IMG/VR virus record: IMGVR_UViG_3300045993_001028
Source: a virus
Reading direction: 5' to 3' (one strand)
DNA: 64,000 nucleotides
The notes beneath the pieces are model-generated. The model was not told the DNA's origin and did not search any database. It was given only the letters and a program-made list of their open reading frames with translations. Each line of letters opens with the position of its first letter. Position 1 is the first letter of the stretch. The position numbers were made by a program, and so were the translations under genes. Shown here piece after piece: positions 25,542-34,501 of the stretch.

Positions 25542-26999
25542 TCACTTTCGGAGCAGGAGGAAGACGGCGACGCCGGCGCCGCCGAGCAGGAGGAGGGGGA
25601 TCGCGAGGCTGCTCTGTGCCGGCGGCGGCGGCCCCGGCGGCGGCTGGTCGCCCTCGCAGATGCCGCTCGCGATGGCGGTGCCGGCGGCAGCGACCTGGAG
25701 CCCGGCCTTCGGGTCCCCGGCGTAGGCGCCGGCCGCGGTGCCGACGGCGAGCAGCGCGGCCTTGCCGGCCGAGCTCGAGACGAGCTCGCACGTCTTGTCG
25801 CCGACCCACTTCGCGGCGTCCTCGACGAAGTTGACGACCGTCGCGACGACGTCGAGGATGTGCGACCAGAGCGAGTCGTTGATCTTGGCGAACCCGACGG
25901 TGAGATAGGGCGCGTTGTCCGGCTTGCCCCAGGGCTTGTTCAGGTCGGGGGCGCCCAGCATGAAGTAGATCCCCCACTTCTCCTTGGTGATCGGGTGGGT
26001 GAACTTGACGAGCGGCTTCGCGTCGTCCTTCTCGCCCTGCAGGCCGATGTAGTCCTGGTTGATCATCGCCGGCAGGCCGGGCAGGAAGTCGGCGAGCGCG
26101 CCGAGGCGCGTGCCGGGACCCGACGCGCGCATCGAGCTCGTGAAGCGGCCGGTGTCCTTCGCGAGGACGTCGATGATCCCCTGCTGCCACTCGGACGGGA
26201 GGGGCATGTGATAGGTGATGCGGCCCGCGAGGCCCGCACCGAACTTGACGGACACGAACCCGACCGTCTTCGTTCCCGAGACGGCGCCGAACGTCGAGAG
26301 CGGCACCGTGAACGGGCCGATCGCCAGCATGTTCTGGCCGATGCTGCCGGCGGCGTCGGCCTTGCCGAGCTTGCCGCCCGCCGCGCTACCATCGGACGTG
26401 TTGGTCACGGTGGTACCGCCGGCGGCGCCAGTGGTCGTCGTGGTGCCGACGAGGCCCGGCTGCGGCGTCTGCCCTGGGCGCAGCCGCTCCCAGTGCGCCG
26501 GCATGGCCGTCGTCGCGGCGACGTACGTCCACCCGGGCCGGACTTCATACTTGGTCGTGGTCGCCGTCATCGTGCCGAACGACGGCGTCCCCGCGAGCGC
26601 CATGCACGGAATGCAGCCGAGCTGCGACCGCTTGGCGACGCCGCGGCCCTTGCCGAGCGCGACGATCTCCCGCCCGAGCCCCTGGCTCGCGGCGAGCGCG
26701 ATGCCGCGCTGCACGGCGACCTTGGCGGGCACGCCAGCCTTCGCCTCGGCCTCGGCGTGAGCCTCGGCGGCGGCGTGCAGGCGCGGGTCGATCTTGTCGA
26801 GCGCGGCGCGGAGCATCTTGGTGCGCACCGCGTCAGGCATGCCCTCGACGGTGGACATGAGCCCCTGCGCGAGCTGCGCACCGTAGGACGTGACCGGGGT
26901 CGCGCCCGACGCCGCGGCCTCGGCCCCGGCGAGGCCGGAGAGCGCCCGCGAGGCGTGGCCGCGGGCGTACCGGCGGCGTGGGGAGCTGGAGATGTACAT
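25542..26999 (-). CDS. Large virion membrane protein (ALSG motif, C-terminal TM)
   Basis: 485 aa; RALSGLAG; LAIPLLLLGGAGVAVFLLLRK. Confidence 0.8.
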   Translation of the reverse strand: MYISSSPRRRYARGHASRALSGLAGAEAAASGATPVTSYGAQLAQGLMSTVEGMPDAVRTKMLRAALDKIDPRLHAAAEAHAEAEAKAGVPAKVAVQRGIALAASQGLGREIVALGKGRGVAKRSQLGCIPCMALAGTPSFGTMTATTTKYEVRPGWTYVAATTAMPAHWERLRPGQTPQPGLVGTTTTTGAAGGTTVTNTSDGSAAGGKLGKADAAGSIGQNMLAIGPFTVPLSTFGAVSGTKTVGFVSVKFGAGLAGRITYHMPLPSEWQQGIIDVLAKDTGRFTSSMRASGPGTRLGALADFLPGLPAMINQDYIGLQGEKDDAKPLVKFTHPITKEKWGIYFMLGAPDLNKPWGKPDNAPYLTVGFAKINDSLWSHILDVVATVVNFVEDAAKWVGDKTCELVSSSAGKAALLAVGTAAGAYAGDPKAGLQVAAAGTAIASGICEGDQPPPGPPPPAQSSLAIPLLLLGGAGVAVFLLLRK

Positions 27000-27000
27000 G

Positions 27001-27369
27001 TCAGCGACCCTTCCGCCCGCCGAGCAGCAGGAACACCGCGACCGGGATCGCGAGGACGGCGGCGATCCCGATGGGCGTCATGTTGTACTCGCCGAGCGAC
27101 GGCGCCGAGCGGTTGAGCCAGTGAGGAACGCGCGGCCCATCGTAGGTCCCGCGCCGCGCCATCTTCGTGGTGCGGGCGCCCTGCCCGTAGGGCTCGCTCT
27201 TGACGTAGCCGGGCGTCGCGTAGCCGGTGTTGGCCGCGATGTTCGGGTCGTCGAAGGTGCCCCGCGGCGTCATCGCCGAGACGTAGGCGTGCCGCTGGAG
27301 CCCCTCGTCGGCGACGTTGGACGGGAGGGCGTAGCCGGGCTGCCACGGTGGCGGGAGGACGTTATTCAT
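27001..27369 (-). CDS. Small virion membrane protein
   Basis: PSLGEY then IGIAAVLAIPVAVFLLLGGRKGR. Confidence 0.8.
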   Translation of the reverse strand: MNNVLPPPWQPGYALPSNVADEGLQRHAYVSAMTPRGTFDDPNIAANTGYATPGYVKSEPYGQGARTTKMARRGTYDGPRVPHWLNRSAPSLGEYNMTPIGIAAVLAIPVAVFLLLGGRKGR

Positions 27370-27378
27370 GGGGCTCCT

Positions 27379-27915
27379 TTATGCGACCGGCCACACGGCG
27401 GCGGCCTTGATGCGCTTCATCATCTCGGGGGTCTTCTCGGCCGCGACCGGATCGAGCACGATCCACTGCCCCGTCCGCGGCTCCTGCGCCTGGGCGAACA
27501 CATGGCTGTACTGCTGCTGCCCCTGGTAGACCTGCAGCGCGAACGCGACCGTCACGAACCGGACGGTGCCGCCGACCGCGAGGATCAGCGCACCGAGCAG
27601 GCTCGACATGTCGTCGCAGTCGAGCGACGGGCGCCCGCCGCCCAGCAGCTCGTCGCAGACGAGGTAGGGCGCCTTCACGAGCTCGACCGTCCGCGGGTCC
27701 CGCATGTAGCGGCACCGCGCGAGGACGAGGTTGTAGAGCGCCAGGTACTCGCTCGTGTAGTCCTTGGACGCGAGGGCCTGACAGGCGGCCTCGGCGACCT
27801 TGCGGACGCCGAAGTGCCCCTGGGACTCGAGCACGGCACGACGCATCACGGCGACCGTCTGAGGTGCGCCGCGGTAGTCGAGTTTCAGGACTCGTGAGTC
27901 GTCAGCGTTGATCAC
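27379..27915 (-). CDS. Transglutaminase-fold cysteine protease (candidate virion maturation protease)
   Basis: LDCDDMS (Cys), YSHVF (His), WIVLDP (Asp) in transglutaminase-like order and spacing. Confidence 0.8.
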   Translation of the reverse strand: MINADDSRVLKLDYRGAPQTVAVMRRAVLESQGHFGVRKVAEAACQALASKDYTSEYLALYNLVLARCRYMRDPRTVELVKAPYLVCDELLGGGRPSLDCDDMSSLLGALILAVGGTVRFVTVAFALQVYQGQQQYSHVFAQAQEPRTGQWIVLDPVAAEKTPEMMKRIKAAAVWPVA

Positions 27916-27964
27916 CCAAGGGACGTTCTCCGGAGAAGGAGAGGGATGCCCCGAGGCTACACCG

Positions 27965-29644
27965 CTACGACTCGCCGATCAACGCCTTGCCGAGCTTCCG
28001 CGCCCAGTTGCGCCCACCCTGCGACGACAGCGGGCTCTCGGCGTCGACCTTCGCGACGTCCGTCAGGAACTTCTCGATCCCGAGCGACTTGATCGCGGTC
28101 ATCACCTCGGCCGGGATCATCGAGCGGACGCTCGTCGCGACCGCCTCCGGGTCGTGGTTGTTGCGGTAGGCGTTCTCGAGGTAGTCGACCGACACCTTGA
28201 TGGTCGTCGCCGAAATCTCGGGGAGCACCGCGCCGGTGCCGTCCGCGGTCGGCGGCGGCGCCGATCGCTTGCGCACGAGCTCGACCTTGCCGCCGGGCAG
28301 CGTGCGGTAGAGGTTCCCGTCGGGCCCCTGGACCATCTTGGGGCGGTGCTGCGCGACCTGCTGCGCCTGGGCCTGCGCGACCTGCTGCGGGGACGGCCCC
28401 TGCTCGCCGCCGGCGAACTTCTGGGCGATCGTCTGCATCACGGGCAGGTTGCCCGCGACCTCGAGTGCCTTCTCCCAGCCGGACTTCTCGTTCTTGTCAT
28501 CGCCGGTGATCTCGCCGAGCGCGTCCTTGATGGCGGCGAACTCCGAGGCCTGCTCGAGGATGGTCTTGTCCTTCTTGAGCCGCAGCGCGACGACCTCGGC
28601 CTTCGTCTCGCCGAGCTGCGCCTCGAGCCGGCGGACCTCGGCCTCGAGCAGCGAGCGCGTCGTCGACGCGGCCGTCTCGACGCTGGCGACCCGCAGGTCG
28701 TAGCTCTGCCGCAGCATGCCGATCTCCCGCTCGTGCATGAGCGTTGCCGCCTGGCGGTCGCGCTCGAACCGGTCGTGGAGCCGCTCCTCGCTCTGGTGCG
28801 CGTGCTCCTTCGCCATGCGGAGCTCGGACTCGTACTGCGTCCGGAGCGCGGTGATGCGCGCCGAGTCGCCGTCGAGCAGCTTGTCGAGCATCTTGTCGCG
28901 GAACTCGTCGCGCTCGGGCGGCTTCTGCGCCGCCTGCTGCGTCATGGCGAGCTGCGCCTGAAGGTCGCGGTTGGTGCGGTGCATCTCGGCCATCTGCTGT
29001 TGCATCGGGCCGGTGACCTGGCGCAGGAGCTCGCCGTCGATCCCGCCGCCGTGGGACGGCTGCTGCTGCTGCTGCGCCTTCTCGAGCTGCCGCTCGAGGG
29101 ACCCGAGGGCGCGCTCGACGATGCCCGCGTTCGGCGAGTTCGGCGCCGCCGGCTGGTCGGCGCCGTCGCGGTAGACGTCGTCGAGGCGCGGGTCGCCAGC
29201 GATCTTGATCATCTTGCCGCCGGCGTACTGCCAGCCCGAGCCGCTCGCGCGGGGGCGCTGGACGACGAGATAGTAGTCGCCGCCGCCGTGCGTCTCGCGG
29301 ATGAACTCCTCGTCGACGGTGTGCTCGTAGTTGCCCACGACGCCGCCGACGTTCTTGCCCTTCCAGATCGTCGGCTTCTTGCGCTCGATCTTGACGCGGA
29401 TGGCCGCGCCCGGGTTGATCTCCTCGAGCCACTCCTTGAGGGCCTTGTCCTCGTTGAGCTTCATCTCCTTGATGACCGGCGACTCGACGAAGCGAGCGCG
29501 CTCGCGCGGCTCCGGCGCGGGCGCGGCTTCGGTCTGGCCGTCGGGCTGCGCCTCGGCGACCACTTCGGTGCCGTTGACGGCCGACATCGGGATCTCCTCC
29601 TGCTGCTGCTCGCGCAGGCGGCGGGCGCGGGGCTCACGCATCAT
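27965..29644 (-). CDS. Large coiled-coil protein
   Basis: 559 aa with a central heptad region (about aa 180-340); alternative start MSAVNG. Confidence 0.8.
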   Translation of the reverse strand: MMREPRARRLREQQQEEIPMSAVNGTEVVAEAQPDGQTEAAPAPEPRERARFVESPVIKEMKLNEDKALKEWLEEINPGAAIRVKIERKKPTIWKGKNVGGVVGNYEHTVDEEFIRETHGGGDYYLVVQRPRASGSGWQYAGGKMIKIAGDPRLDDVYRDGADQPAAPNSPNAGIVERALGSLERQLEKAQQQQQPSHGGGIDGELLRQVTGPMQQQMAEMHRTNRDLQAQLAMTQQAAQKPPERDEFRDKMLDKLLDGDSARITALRTQYESELRMAKEHAHQSEERLHDRFERDRQAATLMHEREIGMLRQSYDLRVASVETAASTTRSLLEAEVRRLEAQLGETKAEVVALRLKKDKTILEQASEFAAIKDALGEITGDDKNEKSGWEKALEVAGNLPVMQTIAQKFAGGEQGPSPQQVAQAQAQQVAQHRPKMVQGPDGNLYRTLPGGKVELVRKRSAPPPTADGTGAVLPEISATTIKVSVDYLENAYRNNHDPEAVATSVRSMIPAEVMTAIKSLGIEKFLTDVAKVDAESPLSSQGGRNWARKLGKALIGES

Positions 29645-30044
29645 CGTCCTCCTCGCCCTCGGCCTCGGCCTCGTCGGCGTCCTCCGGCGACAGCATCGTG
29701 GCCTGGGTCAAGACCTCGAGCGCCGCCTTGGCGAGCTGCTCGTGCTGGGCGATCTTCTTGAGCAGGAGCTCGTCGCCGCCGGCGCGGGCGCGGAGCTCGC
29801 TCGCGAGCTGCAGGCCGCTCTCGATGGCGGCGGCGAACACCGCGGCCGTCTCCTGCTGCAGGTAGTCCTCGCTCTGGTCGACGAGTTCGGCGACGGCGTC
29901 GTCGACCTCCTCGAAGTTCTCGACCAGCGACTCGAGGAACGGCCACAGCGTGTCCCTCAGGTGGCGCGGGAGCTGCGAGAGCTCCAGCTTGCTTGCCTCG
30001 GCAATGTTGGCTTTGAGGTCTGCCCTCAGGTCGTCCATGCTCAC
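29634..30044 (-). CDS. Acidic helical hypothetical protein
   Basis: GTGA-overlap start 30044 (MSMDDLRADL...EGEEDDDA). Confidence 0.7.
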   Translation of the reverse strand: MSMDDLRADLKANIAEASKLELSQLPRHLRDTLWPFLESLVENFEEVDDAVAELVDQSEDYLQQETAAVFAAAIESGLQLASELRARAGGDELLLKKIAQHEQLAKAALEVLTQATMLSPEDADEAEAEGEEDDDA

Positions 30045-30433
30045 TTGTCGTTCTCCTCGGAAAAGTTGTTGTCGGAGAGGCCGAGCGCCGCCTCGTAGGC
30101 GGCGGCCTCGGCGAGAAACTCGCGGCCCTCGGGGGACGCGAGGTAGCTCTGGCGGGCGGCGATCTGGTGGCGCCGGTCGCGCGGGTACCAGTGCGAGCAC
30201 TGGAGGATCGGCGTCTCGGCCAGCTCGACCTCGATCCCCGCGGACGGGTAGCAGGCCCGGGTGATTACCCTCGGGGTGACGCCGGTGGCGTCGGTCAGGG
30301 CCGCGCCGATCGCGTCCTGGGCGTCGAGGACCGACACCAGCCGGTGGTAGTGGCGACAGGGACCGGCCTCGCAGAGCGAGGGCGGATCGATCTGCGGCAG
30401 GCTCGAGCGCGGCGCGGGCGCGGGGCCCGCCAT
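30041..30433 (-). CDS. Cys/His-containing hypothetical protein (first gene of left operon)
   Basis: LCEAGPCRHYH..CYP..CSHW; start uncertain (ORF extends to 30631). Confidence 0.6.
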   Translation of the reverse strand: MAGPAPAPRSSLPQIDPPSLCEAGPCRHYHRLVSVLDAQDAIGAALTDATGVTPRVITRACYPSAGIEVELAETPILQCSHWYPRDRRHQIAARQSYLASPEGREFLAEAAAYEAALGLSDNNFSEENDK

Positions 30434-30698
30434 CGTGCCGTCGGGCGCGGTCGAGATCGCGCTCGGGGCCCAGTCAGCCAGGAATCGGGTGGTCAAGGTC
30501 GTTCTCTTCAAGGGTGCCTCCGGTTGAGCGAGCGCACAGTGAGCATCGCTCGAGGATTCCGCGAGGGTTCCGCCGGCCGCGGGTGCGCGGTCGCCGCGTT
30601 TTCGGCCGGCGCCACCTCGCCGAGGGCTCACGGGAGCCCCGGAAACCTCGTCGGCGCCCCCCTCCGCGACCTCCGAAACTCGCCAAATCCTCCTCTGT

Positions 30699-30750
30699 TT
30701 GACAAATGTCTGACGTTTTCTGTTGACCCCCAGGTCGGTTTCGATATCCT
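30699..30750 (+). promoter_or_regulatory. Rightward sigma70-type promoter region at the divergence point
   Basis: AT-richer patch; TTGACA 30699-30704; TTGACC 30723-30728 + 16 bp + TATCCT 30745-30750. Confidence 0.6.
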
Positions 30751-30814
30751 GGCCTCACCTCGGCAATGGCCGAGGCCGACCACCCCCGGCAATGGCCGGA
30801 AAGGAGCCTCCCCG

Positions 30815-31051
30815 ATGCGCTGCCCCGTCTGCCACGTCACCCGCCCCTCTGACCCCGACCCCTGCGCCGACTGCGAGGTCCAGGCGGCCCTCGATGCCGT
30901 CGCCGCCACCCCCAACCTGCCATCCTGCCGTCGCTACCTGGAGGCCGCTGTCGTCGCCGCCGGCCCCGGCCGGGTCGATCGCCAGACCCTGACCAGCCTC
31001 GCGGCGTCCCTGGTCAAGCTCCTCGCGGCGCGGACGGGAGCCGCGCTGTGA
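30815..31051 (+). CDS. Small Zn-finger-like early protein
   Basis: AAGGAG SD; MRCPVC...CADC. Confidence 0.7.
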   Translation: MRCPVCHVTRPSDPDPCADCEVQAALDAVAATPNLPSCRRYLEAAVVAAGPGRVDRQTLTSLAASLVKLLAARTGAAL

Positions 31052-31620
31052 CCGCCGCCGGCAACCAGATCACCCACCGGGTGACCTGGCACCGCGTCCC
31101 CGGGGTCGGCAACGTCGTTGCGATCGACGGGCGCCCGCTGATCGCGTTTGGCGGCGGCCACAGCCGCCGGGTGATCTTCCGGCACGGGCGCTACCCGGGC
31201 GACCGGGCGGCGTTCGAGTTCGTCGCGACCTCTGACCCGCTGGGCCCGACCCCGGCCGACATCAAGTTCACCCTCGACGCCGGCGCCGCCGGCCGCGCCG
31301 CGGTGACGGACGCCGCCCGCCTGCTGGCCCACTGGACCCCGTTCTGGGAGAGTCTCCGACATCCGCCTGACCTGGAGGTTCGCGTGAAGTTCGCCCGGTA
31401 CATCCCCTGCTTCGGCCAGGCCCACCAGCCTGGTGTCGATCAGGACCACTGCATGTGTTGCCTGCCGGAGTGGGGCCAGATCATGGTCTGCCCGACCTGC
31501 GAGATGTCCGTCAAGAGGACCCGCAAGACACGGTCCTGCCGCAACCCGGCCTGCGCCGAGTTCAAGAAGCGGCTCGCCCGGCCGGTCCACGATCTGGTCG
31601 ACCTGTCGAAGCTCGTCTAA
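31048..31620 (+). CDS. Hypothetical protein with Cys cluster
   Basis: HCMCC..CPTC..CRNPAC; GTGA coupling. Confidence 0.7.
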   Translation: MTAAGNQITHRVTWHRVPGVGNVVAIDGRPLIAFGGGHSRRVIFRHGRYPGDRAAFEFVATSDPLGPTPADIKFTLDAGAAGRAAVTDAARLLAHWTPFWESLRHPPDLEVRVKFARYIPCFGQAHQPGVDQDHCMCCLPEWGQIMVCPTCEMSVKRTRKTRSCRNPACAEFKKRLARPVHDLVDLSKLV

Positions 31621-31723
31621 CCCCGCCGACCGGCCCTGCCGGTCCCCGAGATCGCCACCCGCGGGCGACCTCGGGGCTCGACCGAGCCCCTCCCAACCCC
31701 GGCATGGCCGGAAGGACCTACAA

Positions 31724-32653
31724 ATGTCTGACATCTCCGACGACGACCGCTGCTTCCTCGATTCGATCGCCAACGTCCACGTCCGCTCGCTCTGCGACGG
31801 CGTGGCTCCCACCCTGGCCGAGGTGGTCGCCGACCCCGGCCTGATCCTCGAGGAGATCAAGCCCGGCCACGGCGACCTCGACGGCGCGGAGGTCCGCGCC
31901 TATCTGGTCGAGGCGATCCGCGGCGTCGCCCGGTCCCTCCTCCCGGTCGCCACCATCATGACCAAGGGTGCGATCAACTCGATCGCCTACCACCGCGACA
32001 CCCCGATCGAGGAGATCGAGGCCGCCCTCCCCGACGGGTGGTCAATCGACCCGATCTCCGAGGAAACGGACCTCTCCGAGCCCGGCCGCCGCTGGCGTCA
32101 CCTCCGGCTCGACGGCGTGAGGGTGACCGACGGCGACTCGGCCTGGGAGATCGAGGCACCTGCCGGCGCGACCGCCGCCGAGATCGAGGCCCTGGTCGTC
32201 GACTCGATCGGCGAGGGCTACCACGTCGACCTCGAGACGGTCCCCGTCTGGTTCCAGGCCACCCGGGGCTCGATCACGGTCAGCGGGATCGTCGAGCTCG
32301 ACCCCGAGGAGCCCGCCTGCGACGACGACGACGGCCACGACTGGGAGGCTGACGGCGGTCCGCACTACGGGTCGGTCCGCTACCACCAGGACGCCAGCGA
32401 GCGGATCGCCAAGAGGGACGCCGCGGCGCGCCGGGCCGCGGTTGCGAAGGGCGAGGAGGACGGGAGGGAGGACGTCGAAACGGCGATCCGCGAGGGGCAC
32501 GATCACCACACCCTCGACGGCGACCTCGTCGCCGAGGGGGCGATCAACGCCGCGGCCCACAGCCACCGGAAGGTCAGCACCCGCGACAAGGCGTCCTACT
32601 ATGAGGCCTACGCCAGGGGCGCCAAGGCCGCGATCGAGGAGGCGTCGTCGTGA
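31724..32653 (+). CDS. Acidic hypothetical protein
   Basis: AAGGA SD, MSDISDDD start, strong codon bias. Confidence 0.75.
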   Translation: MSDISDDDRCFLDSIANVHVRSLCDGVAPTLAEVVADPGLILEEIKPGHGDLDGAEVRAYLVEAIRGVARSLLPVATIMTKGAINSIAYHRDTPIEEIEAALPDGWSIDPISEETDLSEPGRRWRHLRLDGVRVTDGDSAWEIEAPAGATAAEIEALVVDSIGEGYHVDLETVPVWFQATRGSITVSGIVELDPEEPACDDDDGHDWEADGGPHYGSVRYHQDASERIAKRDAAARRAAVAKGEEDGREDVETAIREGHDHHTLDGDLVAEGAINAAAHSHRKVSTRDKASYYEAYARGAKAAIEEASS

Positions 32654-32838
32654 CCGACCGCGAGTTCCGCGAGCGCGTCGCCCAACTCCTGGCCGACCTC
32701 GAGCGCCGGATGGCCCGGCTCCGCGCCGCCGAGGACGGCGACCTCGGCTACAGGGTCGTCACGGTCAAGGCGCACGTCGTCCCCTCGTTCAAGGTCCGCC
32801 GCCACAAGCGGCTGATCATCATCAAGAAGGCAGCCTAG
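32650..32838 (+). CDS. Hypothetical protein
   Basis: 62 aa, GTGA coupling. Confidence 0.65.
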   Translation: MTDREFRERVAQLLADLERRMARLRAAEDGDLGYRVVTVKAHVVPSFKVRRHKRLIIIKKAA

Positions 32839-32840
32839 CC

Positions 32841-33116
32841 ATGAAGCCCAAGAAGACCCGCAAGCCCCCAAAGAAGGCGCCGAAGCGCCGCCCGCGCCCC
32901 GGCTACCGCGACGTCGTCGCATGGACCGTCAACCGGCTGATCGATGCCGGCGGCGTCGGCCCGATTCCCGTGGCGATCGTCGACCTCGTCGGCGACCTCT
33001 GGCAGCGCGGGACGACGCAGTTCCACGCCGACGTCACGGCGCTCTACGAGACGCGCTACACCCTCTCCCGCCTGAGCGGCGGCACCGGCGGCGTCCGCCC
33101 CCTGAGGTACCTGTGA
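32841..33116 (+). CDS. Basic hypothetical protein
   Basis: MKPKKTRKPPKK start 2 nt after upstream stop. Confidence 0.65.
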   Translation: MKPKKTRKPPKKAPKRRPRPGYRDVVAWTVNRLIDAGGVGPIPVAIVDLVGDLWQRGTTQFHADVTALYETRYTLSRLSGGTGGVRPLRYL

Positions 33117-33574
33117 TCTCCCGCGAGAAGGCGCGCCAGATCATCCTCCGCGGGGCGCCCGAGCCTCGCTACGAGGCCGAGATGTTGTCGCTCGCCAGGA
33201 CCGAGCTCTACGGGTGCCTGTCCGGCTACGAGCGGTTCACCCGCCTCCGGCGATCCGACCTCCCCGACCACGCCTGCGCCGGCGCCGAGGTCACGTTCGG
33301 GACGTGCCAGGCCCCGGCCGACTCGGCGGGCCCGGCGACCATGGCCCTGTTCAAGGAGATCAACGCCAGCCTCCTGGCCCACGCCGCCGGGTCGATCAGA
33401 CTCCTCGGCACCGACAGCCCCCACTACGGGTGTTCGCACGTCGTGACCCTGCTCGGGCACTACGTCCGGTGCGCCTGCGGCACCTCGATCGTCGCCCCGG
33501 CGATCCGCGTCGAGATCACGTGGCCCGGCGCAGACCACCCGCTGTCGCGCGAGTACGACGCCGAGGAGGACTAG
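33113..33574 (+). CDS. Hypothetical protein
   Basis: GTGA coupling; Cys/His residues. Confidence 0.65.
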   Translation: MISREKARQIILRGAPEPRYEAEMLSLARTELYGCLSGYERFTRLRRSDLPDHACAGAEVTFGTCQAPADSAGPATMALFKEINASLLAHAAGSIRLLGTDSPHYGCSHVVTLLGHYVRCACGTSIVAPAIRVEITWPGADHPLSREYDAEED

Positions 33575-33576
33575 CC

Positions 33577-33681
33577 ATGGACGGACTAGCCGTGGACATC
33601 TCCCTCGTCAAGAAGCTGGTACTGTTCGCCGCCGCCCTACGAGCAGCAGCGCCCCGCCGCCGCCCGACGGTGGCGAAGTGA
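33577..33681 (+). CDS. Tiny hypothetical protein (34 aa)
   Basis: GAGGA SD; MDGLAVDISLVKKLVLF. Confidence 0.45.
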   Translation: MDGLAVDISLVKKLVLFAAALRAAAPRRRPTVAK

Positions 33682-33830
33682 AGCGCGGGCGCTGGCTCCG
33701 GCGCGAAGCCGCCCGCCGCCGTGGCAGACGCCGGGCGCCGTTCAGGGTGCTCTTCGCCCAGTCATGGCAGGGCACCATCGGCGAGGTCCGGTTCGTGCTC
33801 GAGTCGATGGGCTTCCGCGTCTCCTGGTAG
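33678..33830 (+). CDS. Tiny hypothetical protein (50 aa)
   Basis: Own translation from GTGA overlap: MKRGRWLRR...VRFVLESMGFRVSW. Confidence 0.45.
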   Translation: MKRGRWLRREAARRRGRRRAPFRVLFAQSWQGTIGEVRFVLESMGFRVSW

Positions 33831-33832
33831 GC

Positions 33833-33862
33833 TTGACAACGTCGGGCGCCGTCCGCTAGCGT
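33833..33862 (+). promoter_or_regulatory. sigma70-type promoter TTGACA-N18-TAGCGT
   Basis: Intergenic, 9 nt before ATG33872. Confidence 0.6.
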
Positions 33863-33871
33863 CCGACAACC

Positions 33872-34114
33872 ATGTACGTCTGCGCGTTTTGCAAGAAGCC
33901 ATCCCTGCCCGGCGAGGTCTGTTCCGAGATCGTCGTTCGGGTCCGCGAACACGAGTACCGTGACCACCGCGGCGAGCCGACGATCGGTCGACAGATCGTC
34001 GCGACCAGGCGTGCGTGCCCGACGTGCGCGCCGACCGCGGAGGCCACGCCGCCGGTGGTCATCCCGCGCCCCGAGCCCGAGCCCGAGTTCGCCCCGGCCT
34101 TCGCGGACTCGTGA
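33872..34114 (+). CDS. Zn-ribbon-like small protein
   Basis: YVCAFC...ACPTC. Confidence 0.7.
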   Translation: MYVCAFCKKPSLPGEVCSEIVVRVREHEYRDHRGEPTIGRQIVATRRACPTCAPTAEATPPVVIPRPEPEPEFAPAFADS

Positions 34115-34127
34115 TAGGCTCGAGCTC

Positions 34128-34388
34128 ATGTCCGCTCTCAAAGACCTCTTCGCGTCCGAGCACGGCTTCTTCGCGCTCGCCCTCATCATCTGCGCGACCG
34201 TCCTGGTCGGCATCGGCAAGATGCCCGTCGGCGACTGGCAGACCTTGGCGACCACCGTGTTCGGGCTCTACGTCGGGAGCAACACGGTGACCGGCGCGGT
34301 GACCGCGTTCCGATCGCCGAACGTGATCGCGGCGTCGCAGCCCGCGCCGACCTCGATCTCGATCACCGAGGCGCCGAAGCCCGCCTGA
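34128..34388 (+). CDS. Holin-like two-TM protein
   Basis: ATG34128, 7 nt after TGaTAGGCT; two hydrophobic helices. Confidence 0.55.
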   Translation: MSALKDLFASEHGFFALALIICATVLVGIGKMPVGDWQTLATTVFGLYVGSNTVTGAVTAFRSPNVIAASQPAPTSISITEAPKPA

Positions 34389-34392
34389 ACCG

Positions 34393-34465
34393 AGGGGGGT
34401 AGCTCAACTGGTAGAGCGTCCGTCTCCAAAGCGGAAGGTCACGGGTTCGACTCCCTTCCCCCCTG
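34393..34465 (+). tRNA. trnW: tRNA-Trp (anticodon CCA)
   Basis: AGGGGGG/CCCCCCT acceptor, GCTC/GAGC D-arm, TCCGT-CTCCAAA-GCGGA anticodon arm, TTCGACT T-loop; one C:T mismatch in T-stem; 3' CCG rather than CCA. Confidence 0.9.
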
Positions 34466-34501
34466 CCGCCGCGTCCCAACCCGTCACCGTCGAGGTCCAC
34501 C

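Noticed and set aside
34393-34465. Suppressor tRNA or stop-codon reassignment
   Set aside because: Anticodon is standard CCA, and genes terminate normally at TGA, TAG and TAA with overlapping stop/start junctions
34393-34500. tRNA as an attL/attR prophage boundary
   Set aside because: Viral-type genes continue on both sides, and no second copy of its 3' end was noticed in the window
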